This document shows, piece by piece, positions 52,601 through 59,750 of a DNA stretch of 64,000 nucleotides (positions within the stretch are counted from its first letter, which is position 1; each line of letters starts with the position of its first letter). Position numbers and translations under genes: made by a program. The DNA comes from Verrucomicrobiales bacterium. GTDB lineage: Bacteria; Verrucomicrobiota; Verrucomicrobiia; Limisphaerales; J093. The stretch covers positions 30,269 through 94,268 of the forward strand of contig JBBIJZ010000002.1 of NCBI GenBank assembly GCA_037445715.1. Direction: 5' to 3'. The notes under the pieces were generated by a model that saw nothing but the letters and a program-made list of their open reading frames with translations, was not told the origin of the DNA and did no database searches.

Positions 52601-55265
52601 AGACCGCGCGCAATTGCGTGTTCGTATCGCCCGTGCGACGGAACTCGAACACGCCGGGCCGGCCGCGCACCAGGTCCGCGTGGGTCGCCGTGCGCACCGT
52701 CACGCGGGGTTGCTCCTCGGCCAGGAACTCCAGCCCGCTCACGTCCTGGTCGGCCACGGTGACGATGGTGTTGAAGTTCAACGGCGCGGTCTTGTAGCCG
52801 TGCTTGAAGGCGGTCACCGCCCAGTCCCCCGGGGTCTGGTTGATGAGCGTGAAAAACCCGTCGCTGTCGGTGAACGTGGCCTGGAAGTTGTCCGCCAGTT
52901 CGGTGGTGTTGGTCAGCGCGCCGTTGGCCACGCGGGCCCCGGGCACCGGCCGGCCGAAGTTGTCCGTGACCTGGCCGCTGATGCGGAAGCCGGTGCGGTT
53001 GCCCACCTGCACCACCACGTGGCGGCTGACCACGTGCCCGCGCATGTCGCTGACCTCGACCCGCACGCGGTAATCCCCGGGCACCACCCACGACCGGGTG
53101 AGGGTGGGGCTGTTGGGGCCGAACGTGCCGTCGCTGATGTCCCAGTAGTACGCCAGCGTGTCGCCGTCCGGGTCCACCGCGGTGACCGTAAAGGTGACCG
53201 GCCGGCCGGGGGCTGCGCGGTTGGTGCTCACGGTGAGGGTCACCTCCGGGGCGCCGTTGCCGGGGAACGGCCCGCGGTTGACCACCACGTCAAACCACGT
53301 GTCCAGGCCGCTGCCGCCCCGGGCCACCGGCGTGATGTGGAGATTGACCTCGGGGTCGGTGAAGGTGCGGCCGATCACCAGCGGCGCGTCCACGCGGCCG
53401 GTCGGGGTGCCGGGCGTGGTGTCAATGAGCGTGCTGTAACCGAGCAGTTGCGGCCAGGGCCCCCAGTGAATCATCACGCCGTTGGACACCCAGGGGTTGT
53501 CGGGAATCTTGGCGCGCGCGCTCACCCAGTAGGAACGCTGCTCGTCCTTGCGCAGCTTCAGCGCGTAGGCGCGGTCCTCCACCAGCGTGGGCGTGTCGAA
53601 GACGTAAATCCGGTTGGTGCGGTTCTCGGCCCCTTGGGCGATGGCCGAGTCGGGCAGCCAGCCCAGGAGATTTTTCCCGATGGGGTTGAAGTGGCCGGCG
53701 AAGCGGCTGATGGGCTGGTTGGTCACCGGCCCGCGGCCGCCCTGGTATTCCCCGCCGCCGCTGCCCATCACGTCAAACAGGTCGCCGTACTCGATGTCGT
53801 CGCCCGCGCCGATCATGCTGTCGTGGCCGATGAGCGAATCGGTGTCCCAGCGGTCGGGCGGCGGCTGGGGCAGCGGGGCGCGGCGGGTCTCCCAGAAATT
53901 CGCGTGGCCCAGGCCGTAGCAGTGACCGATCTCGTGGATGGCCAGGCCCACGCCGTTGTACTGGAGCCAGGCCTGTTTGCCGCCACCCAGGCCGCCCCAG
54001 TTGTACCCGGGCACGGGCGTGAACCGGGCCAGCAGCAACTCGAAGTTGTCCGCGGCGTAGCCGGCCCGGGCCGCCTCGGCCAGGGCATCGGCCATGAGGG
54101 CGCCGGGACCCTGCTTCGAGTACCAGGCCTTGGGATGCGGCAGGGTCAAAATGGGCGTCACCGTGGTGATGAGGGCGGTCTTGCTGTACGAGGCCTCGAT
54201 GTAGAACTGGTTGACCTGCTGCATTTCGTCGGCCGCCTGGGCCTCGCTGATCGGGATGGTCGTGTCGTCGCGGAAAACCAGCCGCATGTAGAGTGTGCGC
54301 CGCGGGCCGTAGGTGGGCAGGGGCGGTTTGGGCGGGGCGTTGGTCCAGACCGGCAGGGCGGCGGCCGCAGCGGCCAGTTGCGGGGCGCCCAGGCCCTGGA
54401 GGGCGCGGTTCAACACCGCGGCGTCGGAGGCATTGCAGACCTCGAGGTAGCTGCCCGCCACGTCGAGCACCTGGCCGGCCGCCGTCGCCTGCCCGCACAC
54501 CGCGCAGGCACCGGCGGGCGTCCACCGGCCCGTCGCCCGCACGGCGGCGCTTTCCTCCGCGTCGAGCAGGCGCGCCGGTTCTTCGTGCACGGCCAGCGCG
54601 TTGTCCACGGCGATGCCGTGCAACGGCAGACGCTCGTGGGTCATCTGGCTCAGGCGCGCGCCGTACACGTAAGCCCGGTAGGTCCGGCCGTCCACGGTGG
54701 CGTAACGGTAGGTGGCGCACTTGAACCGGGTGTAGTCCGCGCCCGGCACCGGTGAGGCCATGAAGACCTCGTACCGGGCCAGGCCGCTCACCACTTCCTC
54801 GAAGTGCCGGGTGATCTCGGCAGGCAGCCGTTGCCGCCAGCGCCAGGGTGCGGCGTGTTCGAGGGCGGCGCGCGGGTTTTCCTCGATTTCCCGGGCCAGA
54901 TATTCGCGGCGAGCGCGGGCCAGGGTCTCGCCCTCGGCCAGCAGGGCGGCCGGGTTGCCGCTCCACGCCTCGTTGAAGAACCGCTCCACCCAGTCGGCAA
55001 ATTGCTCGTGCGGCGTGCCGGCAGCGGCACCCGGCGCCGGTGCGTTCCCGGAAACCGGGGGAACCTCCGCGGCCGGCAGGAGCGCGTCCTGCTTGGCCGC
55101 CACGTACGAAAGCAGCCCGGTGGGAGCCGGTGCGCCGGCCTTCGCGAGGGGGCGGGAGGGGGGCGCGGCCGGCGGCGGCGCGGAAGGCTTCGTTCCGCGC
55201 GGCCAGAAGGACAAGGCCACCAGCAGGAGGGCAAGGAGCGCCAGGAACCGTTGGAAGACTTTCAT
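46671..55265 (-). CDS. giant secreted multidomain protein (2,864 aa): metzincin-type protease region, PKD, CarboxypepD_reg-like, about 11 Calx-beta, 7-blade delta-60 propeller, shared C-terminal cassette
   Basis: ORF 46671..55496 trimmed to ATG 55265 (MKVFQRFLALLALLLVALSF signal). HEIGHCYGLGH at 53904-53936. PKD-like VTAVDPDGDTLAYYWDISDG. Repeated Calx-beta pattern (...GTA..G.DY......F.PG.....F.V.I.DD...E.......L.....) ending in IDDDD, LLDDD or ILDDD. Seven roughly 50-aa delta-60 repeats. Confidence 0.85.
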   Translation of the reverse strand: MKVFQRFLALLALLLVALSFWPRGTKPSAPPPAAPPSRPLAKAGAPAPTGLLSYVAAKQDALLPAAEVPPVSGNAPAPGAAAGTPHEQFADWVERFFNEAWSGNPAALLAEGETLARARREYLAREIEENPRAALEHAAPWRWRQRLPAEITRHFEEVVSGLARYEVFMASPVPGADYTRFKCATYRYATVDGRTYRAYVYGARLSQMTHERLPLHGIAVDNALAVHEEPARLLDAEESAAVRATGRWTPAGACAVCGQATAAGQVLDVAGSYLEVCNASDAAVLNRALQGLGAPQLAAAAAALPVWTNAPPKPPLPTYGPRRTLYMRLVFRDDTTIPISEAQAADEMQQVNQFYIEASYSKTALITTVTPILTLPHPKAWYSKQGPGALMADALAEAARAGYAADNFELLLARFTPVPGYNWGGLGGGKQAWLQYNGVGLAIHEIGHCYGLGHANFWETRRAPLPQPPPDRWDTDSLIGHDSMIGAGDDIEYGDLFDVMGSGGGEYQGGRGPVTNQPISRFAGHFNPIGKNLLGWLPDSAIAQGAENRTNRIYVFDTPTLVEDRAYALKLRKDEQRSYWVSARAKIPDNPWVSNGVMIHWGPWPQLLGYSTLIDTTPGTPTGRVDAPLVIGRTFTDPEVNLHITPVARGGSGLDTWFDVVVNRGPFPGNGAPEVTLTVSTNRAAPGRPVTFTVTAVDPDGDTLAYYWDISDGTFGPNSPTLTRSWVVPGDYRVRVEVSDMRGHVVSRHVVVQVGNRTGFRISGQVTDNFGRPVPGARVANGALTNTTELADNFQATFTDSDGFFTLINQTPGDWAVTAFKHGYKTAPLNFNTIVTVADQDVSGLEFLAEEQPRVTVRTATHADLVRGRPGVFEFRRTGDTNTQLRAVFTLGGTAREGTDFTRLTNTTTHTNPLQTLLAPVNLRVPFYVVDFQTGVFVTNVVIQTATNTNAVDDKYLSAAVMYALQKEAVYQTNIDDGQGGQTNGMATNYTLLTGWEVITFNGEDTWFQTYGDYIVGAPGETTMQFRAAPATNPVISIVAVGKALSENSGDSGLFLLTRAGLTNVEVNVRLAFGGTATYGEDYRPLPDLIRLPAGVTVVPLLLYAIPDLYLEGNETVSLTVQPSTDYRIGNPRAELTIGDNDLPTVLVTATDPVASETGADTATVVFTRLGDLTRDLRVNYLAGGSAVSGRDYRALPGTIVIPAGQPTVNLDIQPRNNGLNDGGNTLEIILSDSPLYNVGTPGVATVFLQDGAQPTVTIRATVTNAAEPNTPGEFLITRQGDLRNELVVNLKVGGTARPVADYAPITAAGRIPANAASVVLRVTPVNDTIREDTETVICEILPGTNYNVGASLQATVTIDDDDSGVPGVGFTFLGSTVVEGARTGLVAVSVSANPSDDVTVDWRITGGTAVPDLDYPATNVSGRLLFTNVPDPAISNRVQLIAFPILDDTNAEPDKTIVFTLVEPAPLVSNEVVTNEVTLTNDLGEPIGTTNVLVTNTIITPVPLNAVLEAYRSHTLTLLDDDSSVISLELADAVAMEADRKRGLVILRRTGSTDRDQVVKLAVTGSAGNGSDYEIIPPEVVIPSGEAELPLPIIPVDDPIQEFMEEVRISIVDAPGATLTNAGPVTVNLIDNDGTVEFRSPRYAAYESAGRAEIVLRRTSDTNGTASVAWQATAGTATAADFVPTNGIVTFAPGEELKSFFVDLLDDRAVEPEKTVNLTLRNLSDGVPLGGQTEAVLTLLDDDTVVELLTPAVQALENDPSAAFTVTRYGVITNLLQVELAATTNGTAVDGLDFIATNYTLVFQPGQTAVVAQVALLDDVEFDGDKTITVALTNLAASATYGAVTNGTLTVLDDECAVEFVATEYTVREYAKTLQVSVHRTGSTLHAVSVDFETADGTARATQDYVGARGTVNFLGADLLRAQDGTGVVVLQPGDTNRTFTLRILDDVQGEGNEVFYLSLTNARLTAGGGLPGTVILGANTNATVTIVDNETPGSVDFEFNPGQGANDTVLTLALQPDGRILLGGRFTELDQVTLARLARVHDDGYLDTFFNPGEGFNNTVRGLAVQADGRIGVGGDFTLFNTLSRNRLIRLNADGAADQDFNIGNGADGPVRAVAVEPSGTLLVGGEFNTLNDTPRARLARLRADGTLDTSFTPQFNGNVYALAVQPDGRILVAGAFTTAANQSRPYLARLEADGRPDGTFNTGGGPDKPVRALALQPDGRILIAGEFGRVASQPRGGIARLLADGGLDDTFVPLSGANGTVHAVGLAADGKVLIGGAFTQYDGQDRGRVARLNPDGTLDTVFDVGTGANDTVYALVVQPNSAVLIGGDFTEVDGLPRNRIARLHGDERFRLSTLQYSAATYTVPEDGRVATITVVRAGDLSLPAQVSYHTSDGTAIAGQDYDAARGTLTFEPGETVKTFPVRIRDDDLGEGDLTVNLHLTDLPPGYSLTARLNAVLTIVDNESAVAFAQSDWSVRESDGAASITVRRTGPTNTVVLVDYTTADATAVAGRDYQAAAGTLTFAEGVTEQSFPVPVLDNRDAQPDRALRLLLANPQGGAVLGRVSTATLTILDDDRVANYALNITPPVGGTVTPPAGLYPAGSTQAVTALPEPGFFFAGWQGTVTSGANPLFLVMDRNYVLTAQFRPLAYTYTFEPPFNATSLRQPPWQSGSVQPWQVQSATAAGGRYALRSGAIGDSQESVLSLTVESRGGAAAFDLRVSSEANWDFAEFYVDGLRIERWTGEVPWQTYLFNLAPGTHTLTWRYVKDSNFSSGLDAMFLDNLYLPVTAPPPGSEAAQLRLVRVPAGLQLWITGRIGLTYAVEESADLAAWTRRSTHPNTTGTILVTLPIEAGNRFYRVVTVP
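48215..49280 (-). other. seven tandem delta-60-type repeats (predicted 7-bladed beta-propeller) inside the giant protein
   Basis: Seven units of the form FNPGxGANxxVxALAxQPDGRILxGGxFTxxxxxxRxxLARLxxDGxLDxx, running from FNPGQGANDTVLTLALQPDGRILLGG to FDVGTGANDTVYALVVQPNSAVLIGG. Confidence 0.75.
53904..53936 (-). other. zinc-binding HExxHxxGxxH motif (HEIGHCYGLGH)
   Basis: Read directly on the minus strand: cac gag atc ggt cac tgc tac ggc ctg ggc cac. Confidence 0.8.
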
Positions 55266-55353
55266 GACGAATTCAGTTGCAGCGACTGTAGGTAACGCAA
55301 AAGGGCGTCGCAAGGGCATTCGCCCCCGGGACCGGCGAACCCGAAAAAGCAGG

Positions 55354-55995
55354 TCACAAGCCAGCTCCGGCCGTCGGCGCCGCCGCGGACCCGACCGGCA
55401 GCCCGGCGAGTCCCAGTTCCGCGAGAATCCGGTCGAGCTGGGCCGCCGTGTTGGCCAGGCCGCCCTCGGCCCAAAGTACGTAATCCGCGGCGGCAATCTT
55501 GCGTTCGATCGGCCATTGCGCGGCCAAACGAAGCGCGATTTCCTCCTCCGACCAGCCGCGCGCGATCAGGCGCTCCCGCTGGCTGGCGGCCGAGCAGGCC
55601 ACGCAGATCGTGGCGTCGAACTGCCCGGCCGCGTCGGTCTCGAACAGGAGGGGGATGACCACCACCGCCGCGGGGCGGCCCTCGTGTTGCCAGGCCTCGA
55701 GCTGCGCCTGCCAAGCCGCCCGGATGCGCGGGTGGAGAATGGCCTCCAACTGGCGGCGCCGGGCGACGTCGGGAAAAACCAGGCGGGCCAGGGCGGACCG
55801 GTGCAGGCGGCCCCGGGCGTCCAGGACGTCCGGACCAAAGGCAGCCACGATTTCCGCCAGGGCCGGCTGGCCGGGTTCCACCAGCTCGCGGGCCAGTTGG
55901 TCCGTGTCCACCACCGGCAGGCCGCGGCGCTGGAGGTAATCGGCAGCGGCAGTTTTTCCCATGCCAATGCCACCGGTGAGGCCGAGGCGTTTCAT
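55354..55995 (-). CDS. coaE: dephospho-CoA kinase
   Basis: LGLTGGIGMGKT P-loop, VVDTD, VVIPLLFE. 213 aa. Confidence 0.9.
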   Translation of the reverse strand: MKRLGLTGGIGMGKTAAADYLQRRGLPVVDTDQLARELVEPGQPALAEIVAAFGPDVLDARGRLHRSALARLVFPDVARRRQLEAILHPRIRAAWQAQLEAWQHEGRPAAVVVIPLLFETDAAGQFDATICVACSAASQRERLIARGWSEEEIALRLAAQWPIERKIAAADYVLWAEGGLANTAAQLDRILAELGLAGLPVGSAAAPTAGAGL

Positions 55996-56018
55996 GAGCC
56001 ACCGCCTGGCTAGTCAGT

Positions 56019-56063
56019 GGATCAGACGGATCGGTCGGATCAGTCGGATCGGCCGGATCATCA
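56019..56063. repeat. 5 x 9-bp tandem repeat GGATCNNNC (five GATC sites at 9-bp spacing)
   Basis: ggatcagac (56019-56027), ggatcggtc, ggatcagtc, ggatcggcc, ggatcatca (56055-56063). The last unit contains the subtilase stop codon. The array ends 23 nt upstream of the coaE ATG. Confidence 0.9.
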
Positions 56064-59000
56064 CGGCCGCACGCCGCGGTAGAACCGATACGGCACCGTG
56101 ACCGATTCGGGGTCCAGGAAGATCACTTCGCCGCCCGTGGCCACGTTGGTGTGCACGGCGCGCCAGCGCGGCGGCAACGAGTCCGCCGCCTGGATGACGT
56201 AGAGCTGGTTGGTCTGGCCCCGCAGTTTCACCTGTACGCCTCCGCCCAGGGCCGGGGCGATGCTCAGGCGCGGCACCGTGCCGTCGTCCGGCACCACCAG
56301 CGGCAACACCACATTGTCCAGCCACGCCGCATCCTGACCGGCGCTCTGGGCAGCGTCCTTGACGTACCGCCATTCCAGAGTGTGGGTGCCCGCTGTCACG
56401 GTGAACTCGTGACGGGTCCAATCCTGTTCGCCGGACCACTTCTGGACCAGCCGACCGTCCAGCCAGAACTCGAGGAAATCCCAGCCGGATTCGGAACTGA
56501 CCTTGAAGTCAAAGCTGGCCCGGCCCTCGCGCAGGGCATGGGTGAGGCGGAGCGCGGATGTCTGGCTGTGCCCGATGGCCCCCGAGCGGGCACTGTAGCG
56601 ACCGGCCGCGGCTGCCTGGTCGGTCACGGTCCACGGCGCAGCTCCTTCCGTCACCCACGGCAGGCGGGACAGGTTGCCGGTCTCAAAGTCATCCGCCACC
56701 GGCAACGGCCGGAAGACCGCGCGCACCTGGAGGTCGTGCGACACGACCACCGAGACGGGGTTTTCCACCGTGTTCACGTCCCCCTCCCAGCGGGCAAACT
56801 CGTAAGCCGGCTGCGGCACGGCGCGGAGCTGGGCCGCGGACTGCGCCAGCACGTCCACCCGCCCGGCCGGCGGCACGGTCGAGCCCCCCTCGGTGTGGTC
56901 CACGTTCAGACTGAAGACCTGGCCCGGGGTGAAGGTGTAGGCCAGTTGGACCGCCCCGTTGGCGCCGGCGTAGCCGTCCACAGCGATGGCATAAACAGTC
57001 CCGGCGCGGACGGCGTGCTGGAGCTTGCTGAAGCCGGAGGACTCGAAGGCGTCGTCGTTGGCCGCCACGGGGGTGAGGGTGTTGACCAGGTCGCCGGTGT
57101 AGAGGCCCAGCAGGGTGTCAAAGCTGCTGCCTTCGGTGGTGAGCAGGAGCGAACCGTTGGCCGGCGCCTCCCATTTCCACCAGAGCGAACGGCCGCCGGG
57201 CTGCCCGGCATGGAGCGGTTCGCCGGGCTGGACCGTGGCCTGGGTGTTGGTGCCGGTGACCGAGCCGGAACTGCCCATCAACAGAGCTGCTTGGGAAAAG
57301 TCATCGTTCGGCGGCCGCACGGTCAGGAAATGCAGGTCCAAGGTCTGCGTCTCAGAGAACAAGCCGGCGGCGTTGACCGCCCGAACGCGGACGCGGTTGG
57401 CGCCGGGCTGCAAGCGCAGGGTCCGGCTCCACGTGGTGGTGCCGTTGGCCGGGGAAGCGATACCGTTGTTCAGGCTCACCAACACCTCGGTCACTTCGGT
57501 GGCGTTGGGGCCGGTGTCGGCTGCCGTGCCGGACACCGTCACGAGCGGGTCGGTCACCCGCAGGCCGCTGCGCGGGCTGGTGATGACCACCTGCGGCGGC
57601 TCGGTCTGCAGGCGTCCGCCCGGGGCGATGCGCAGGCGGACCGAGCCCACGGCGTTGGAGCGGACGCCGGCCAGGACCATGGCATAGGTGCGGCCGGCCT
57701 GGGCCTCGAAGAACAGGTAGGCGCGGCGGCCCGAGACGTTGGTGGTGGTGGTAACGCGCTGAAGGTTGGTCAACACGTTGCCGGTGTAAACGGCCAGCAC
57801 GCTTTCAAAGGTCGTGCCCGTGGCGTCCACCAGGACATTGGTGCTGGCCGGGGCGGTCCAGGACCACCAGAGCGAGGCCGCACGGTTGGTGAAGCCCCCG
57901 TGGGCGGGCTCCCCGACCTCGATGGTCGCAAAGCGGTTGTTGGAAAGGTATTTCGAGCCCGCCGCGGACACCTTGGTCGGCGTGGCGAAATCGTCGTTGA
58001 GCGGGCGCGGAGCCAGCGAATAGCGCACGGTGTTGGTCAGGCTCTCCCGACCCGGGGCGGAAACTTCCAGGGTCATCTCCAGGGAATCCCCCGTGGCCGG
58101 CACCGGCAGGAAGGCGGAGTAACGCGCGTCGCCGGCTGCATCATCGGGCGGTTGACCGTTGTTGAGGAAGATCAGGTCGCCCCCGCCCTGCACCCGTCCG
58201 AGCACGGTGGCGTCGCGCACGCCGAAGCGGTCCCGCACCCGGACCACCACCGGCTGCTGGGAACCGTTGAGGAGCACCGAGCCGGGGGGCGGGTCCACAC
58301 TGATCTGCAGCAGGCCCTCACCGGTGACCGTCAGCGCTCCGTAGGCGTTGAGCCGACCGCCGGTGGTGGTGGTCCGGCTCAACGAGGCGGTGGGAACGGT
58401 ACCGGCCAGGATGCGGTCGCGCACCTCCTCGAGGTCCGCTTCGGGGTACAGGCTCCAGACCAGCGCGGCCACGCCGCTGACGTGCGGGGCGGCCATGCTG
58501 GTGCCGTCGAGGAACTCGTAGTTGTTATCAAACCCCGCGAAGCAGGAGAAGATTTCCACGCCCGGCGCGCCCAGGTGCACCGTATTGTCCCCGTAGTTGG
58601 AAAAGTCGGCCAGGCGCCCGGTCCGGTCTATGGCCGCCACGGAGATGATGTTGTCCAACGGGTAGTTGGCCGGGTAGAACGGGTTTTCGTCATTGTCGTT
58701 GCTCTCGTTGCCGGCGGCCGCCACGAAGAGCACGCCCTGGTCACGGGCGCGGCTGATGGCGTCGAACAACGCCATCGAGAAAGCGCCGCCGCCCCAACTG
58801 TTGTTCAAGATGCGCGCGCCGTGCTGGACAGTGTAATCAATGCAGGTGATCGCATCGGAGGTGCTGCCAAAGCCCGCATCGCCGATGAAGCGGGCAGCCA
58901 TGATGCGGACCCGCCAGGCGACGCCAACGTGGGGGTTGGGGTCGTTGGCTGCCGCGCCGATCGTGCCAGCCACGTGGGTGCCGTGGCCGTCGGTGTCCAT

Positions 59001-59750
59001 GGGGTCGCCGGTCCCCTGGGTGGCATCAATACCGTAGATGTCGTCCACATAGCCGTTGCCATCGTCGTCCAGCCCGTTGGCCGGGATTTCGTTGGGGTTG
59101 ACCCACATTTGCGTCACCAGGTCCCGGTGGGTGTAGCGGACTCCGGTGTCAATCACGCCCACGATCACGTTGGTCGAGCCGGTGGTCAGGTCCCAGGCAG
59201 CCGGGGCGGAGATGTCCACGCCGGGCAGGCCGCCGTCCTGGCCCAGGTTCTGGAGGCCCCAGAGCCGGCCATCCACAAAGGCGGCATCGCGGGGTGTGAG
59301 CAAAGGGCGATAGAGGTAGTCGGGCTCGACGTATTCGAACAGGCCGGAGGCCTTGAGGGTCTGGATGCGGTTCCAAAGACGTTGTCGCTGCGCCTCTTCG
59401 TCCGGTCGGGCAATGCTGGCCGGTGCGCGAGGTGCGGGGTCTTCCAGCAACACCAGCCCCGGCACCAGGGCGTAACGGCGTTCGAGGCGCGAGCTGCTCG
59501 CCGTGACCGCGGCCAGAGCGGGGCCCTCGGCCTGGGAAGGATCGGCCAGTTTGGCCAGAATGCGCGTGGGATGGACCAGATGGCCCTCCCAGGTAACGGG
59601 GTCGGTCTGGGCCAGGAGGGCCCATGACCCGAGGACGAGGGCCAGCACGCCGCCAAGGATCAGGCCGGGCAGGGCGGTGGCACGGAACCCCTGCCCCGGG
59701 CGCGGGGCTTTGGCCGCCGGGGAGCGGGAGGCAAACGGCTCACGGCTCAT
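56061..59750 (-). CDS. secreted S8 (subtilisin-family) serine peptidase with C-terminal accessory domains (1,229 aa)
   Basis: Catalytic Asp in VGVIDTGV (codon 59148-59150), His in HGTHVAG (58983-58985), Ser in GTSMAAPHVSG (58497-58499). Start ATG 59750 (MSREPF..., TM/signal LILGGVLALVLGSWALLA), with an alternative ATG at 59777. Either start overlaps the upstream gene's stop at 59740. Two roughly 115-aa NDDF...GEP...WW.W.AP repeats, followed by the cassette shared with the 2,864-aa protein. Confidence 0.9.
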   Translation of the reverse strand: MSREPFASRSPAAKAPRPGQGFRATALPGLILGGVLALVLGSWALLAQTDPVTWEGHLVHPTRILAKLADPSQAEGPALAAVTASSSRLERRYALVPGLVLLEDPAPRAPASIARPDEEAQRQRLWNRIQTLKASGLFEYVEPDYLYRPLLTPRDAAFVDGRLWGLQNLGQDGGLPGVDISAPAAWDLTTGSTNVIVGVIDTGVRYTHRDLVTQMWVNPNEIPANGLDDDGNGYVDDIYGIDATQGTGDPMDTDGHGTHVAGTIGAAANDPNPHVGVAWRVRIMAARFIGDAGFGSTSDAITCIDYTVQHGARILNNSWGGGAFSMALFDAISRARDQGVLFVAAAGNESNDNDENPFYPANYPLDNIISVAAIDRTGRLADFSNYGDNTVHLGAPGVEIFSCFAGFDNNYEFLDGTSMAAPHVSGVAALVWSLYPEADLEEVRDRILAGTVPTASLSRTTTTGGRLNAYGALTVTGEGLLQISVDPPPGSVLLNGSQQPVVVRVRDRFGVRDATVLGRVQGGGDLIFLNNGQPPDDAAGDARYSAFLPVPATGDSLEMTLEVSAPGRESLTNTVRYSLAPRPLNDDFATPTKVSAAGSKYLSNNRFATIEVGEPAHGGFTNRAASLWWSWTAPASTNVLVDATGTTFESVLAVYTGNVLTNLQRVTTTTNVSGRRAYLFFEAQAGRTYAMVLAGVRSNAVGSVRLRIAPGGRLQTEPPQVVITSPRSGLRVTDPLVTVSGTAADTGPNATEVTEVLVSLNNGIASPANGTTTWSRTLRLQPGANRVRVRAVNAAGLFSETQTLDLHFLTVRPPNDDFSQAALLMGSSGSVTGTNTQATVQPGEPLHAGQPGGRSLWWKWEAPANGSLLLTTEGSSFDTLLGLYTGDLVNTLTPVAANDDAFESSGFSKLQHAVRAGTVYAIAVDGYAGANGAVQLAYTFTPGQVFSLNVDHTEGGSTVPPAGRVDVLAQSAAQLRAVPQPAYEFARWEGDVNTVENPVSVVVSHDLQVRAVFRPLPVADDFETGNLSRLPWVTEGAAPWTVTDQAAAAGRYSARSGAIGHSQTSALRLTHALREGRASFDFKVSSESGWDFLEFWLDGRLVQKWSGEQDWTRHEFTVTAGTHTLEWRYVKDAAQSAGQDAAWLDNVVLPLVVPDDGTVPRLSIAPALGGGVQVKLRGQTNQLYVIQAADSLPPRWRAVHTNVATGGEVIFLDPESVTVPYRFYRGVRP

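Noticed and set aside
46572-54755. Plus-strand ORFs of 1,797 aa (46572..51965) and 795 aa (52368..54755) antisense to the 2,864-aa gene.
   Set aside because: These have the same GC-driven shadow-ORF signature, with Gly/Arg/His/Val-rich low complexity. The minus strand encodes clearly recognisable Calx-beta, PKD, delta-60 and HExxH motifs.
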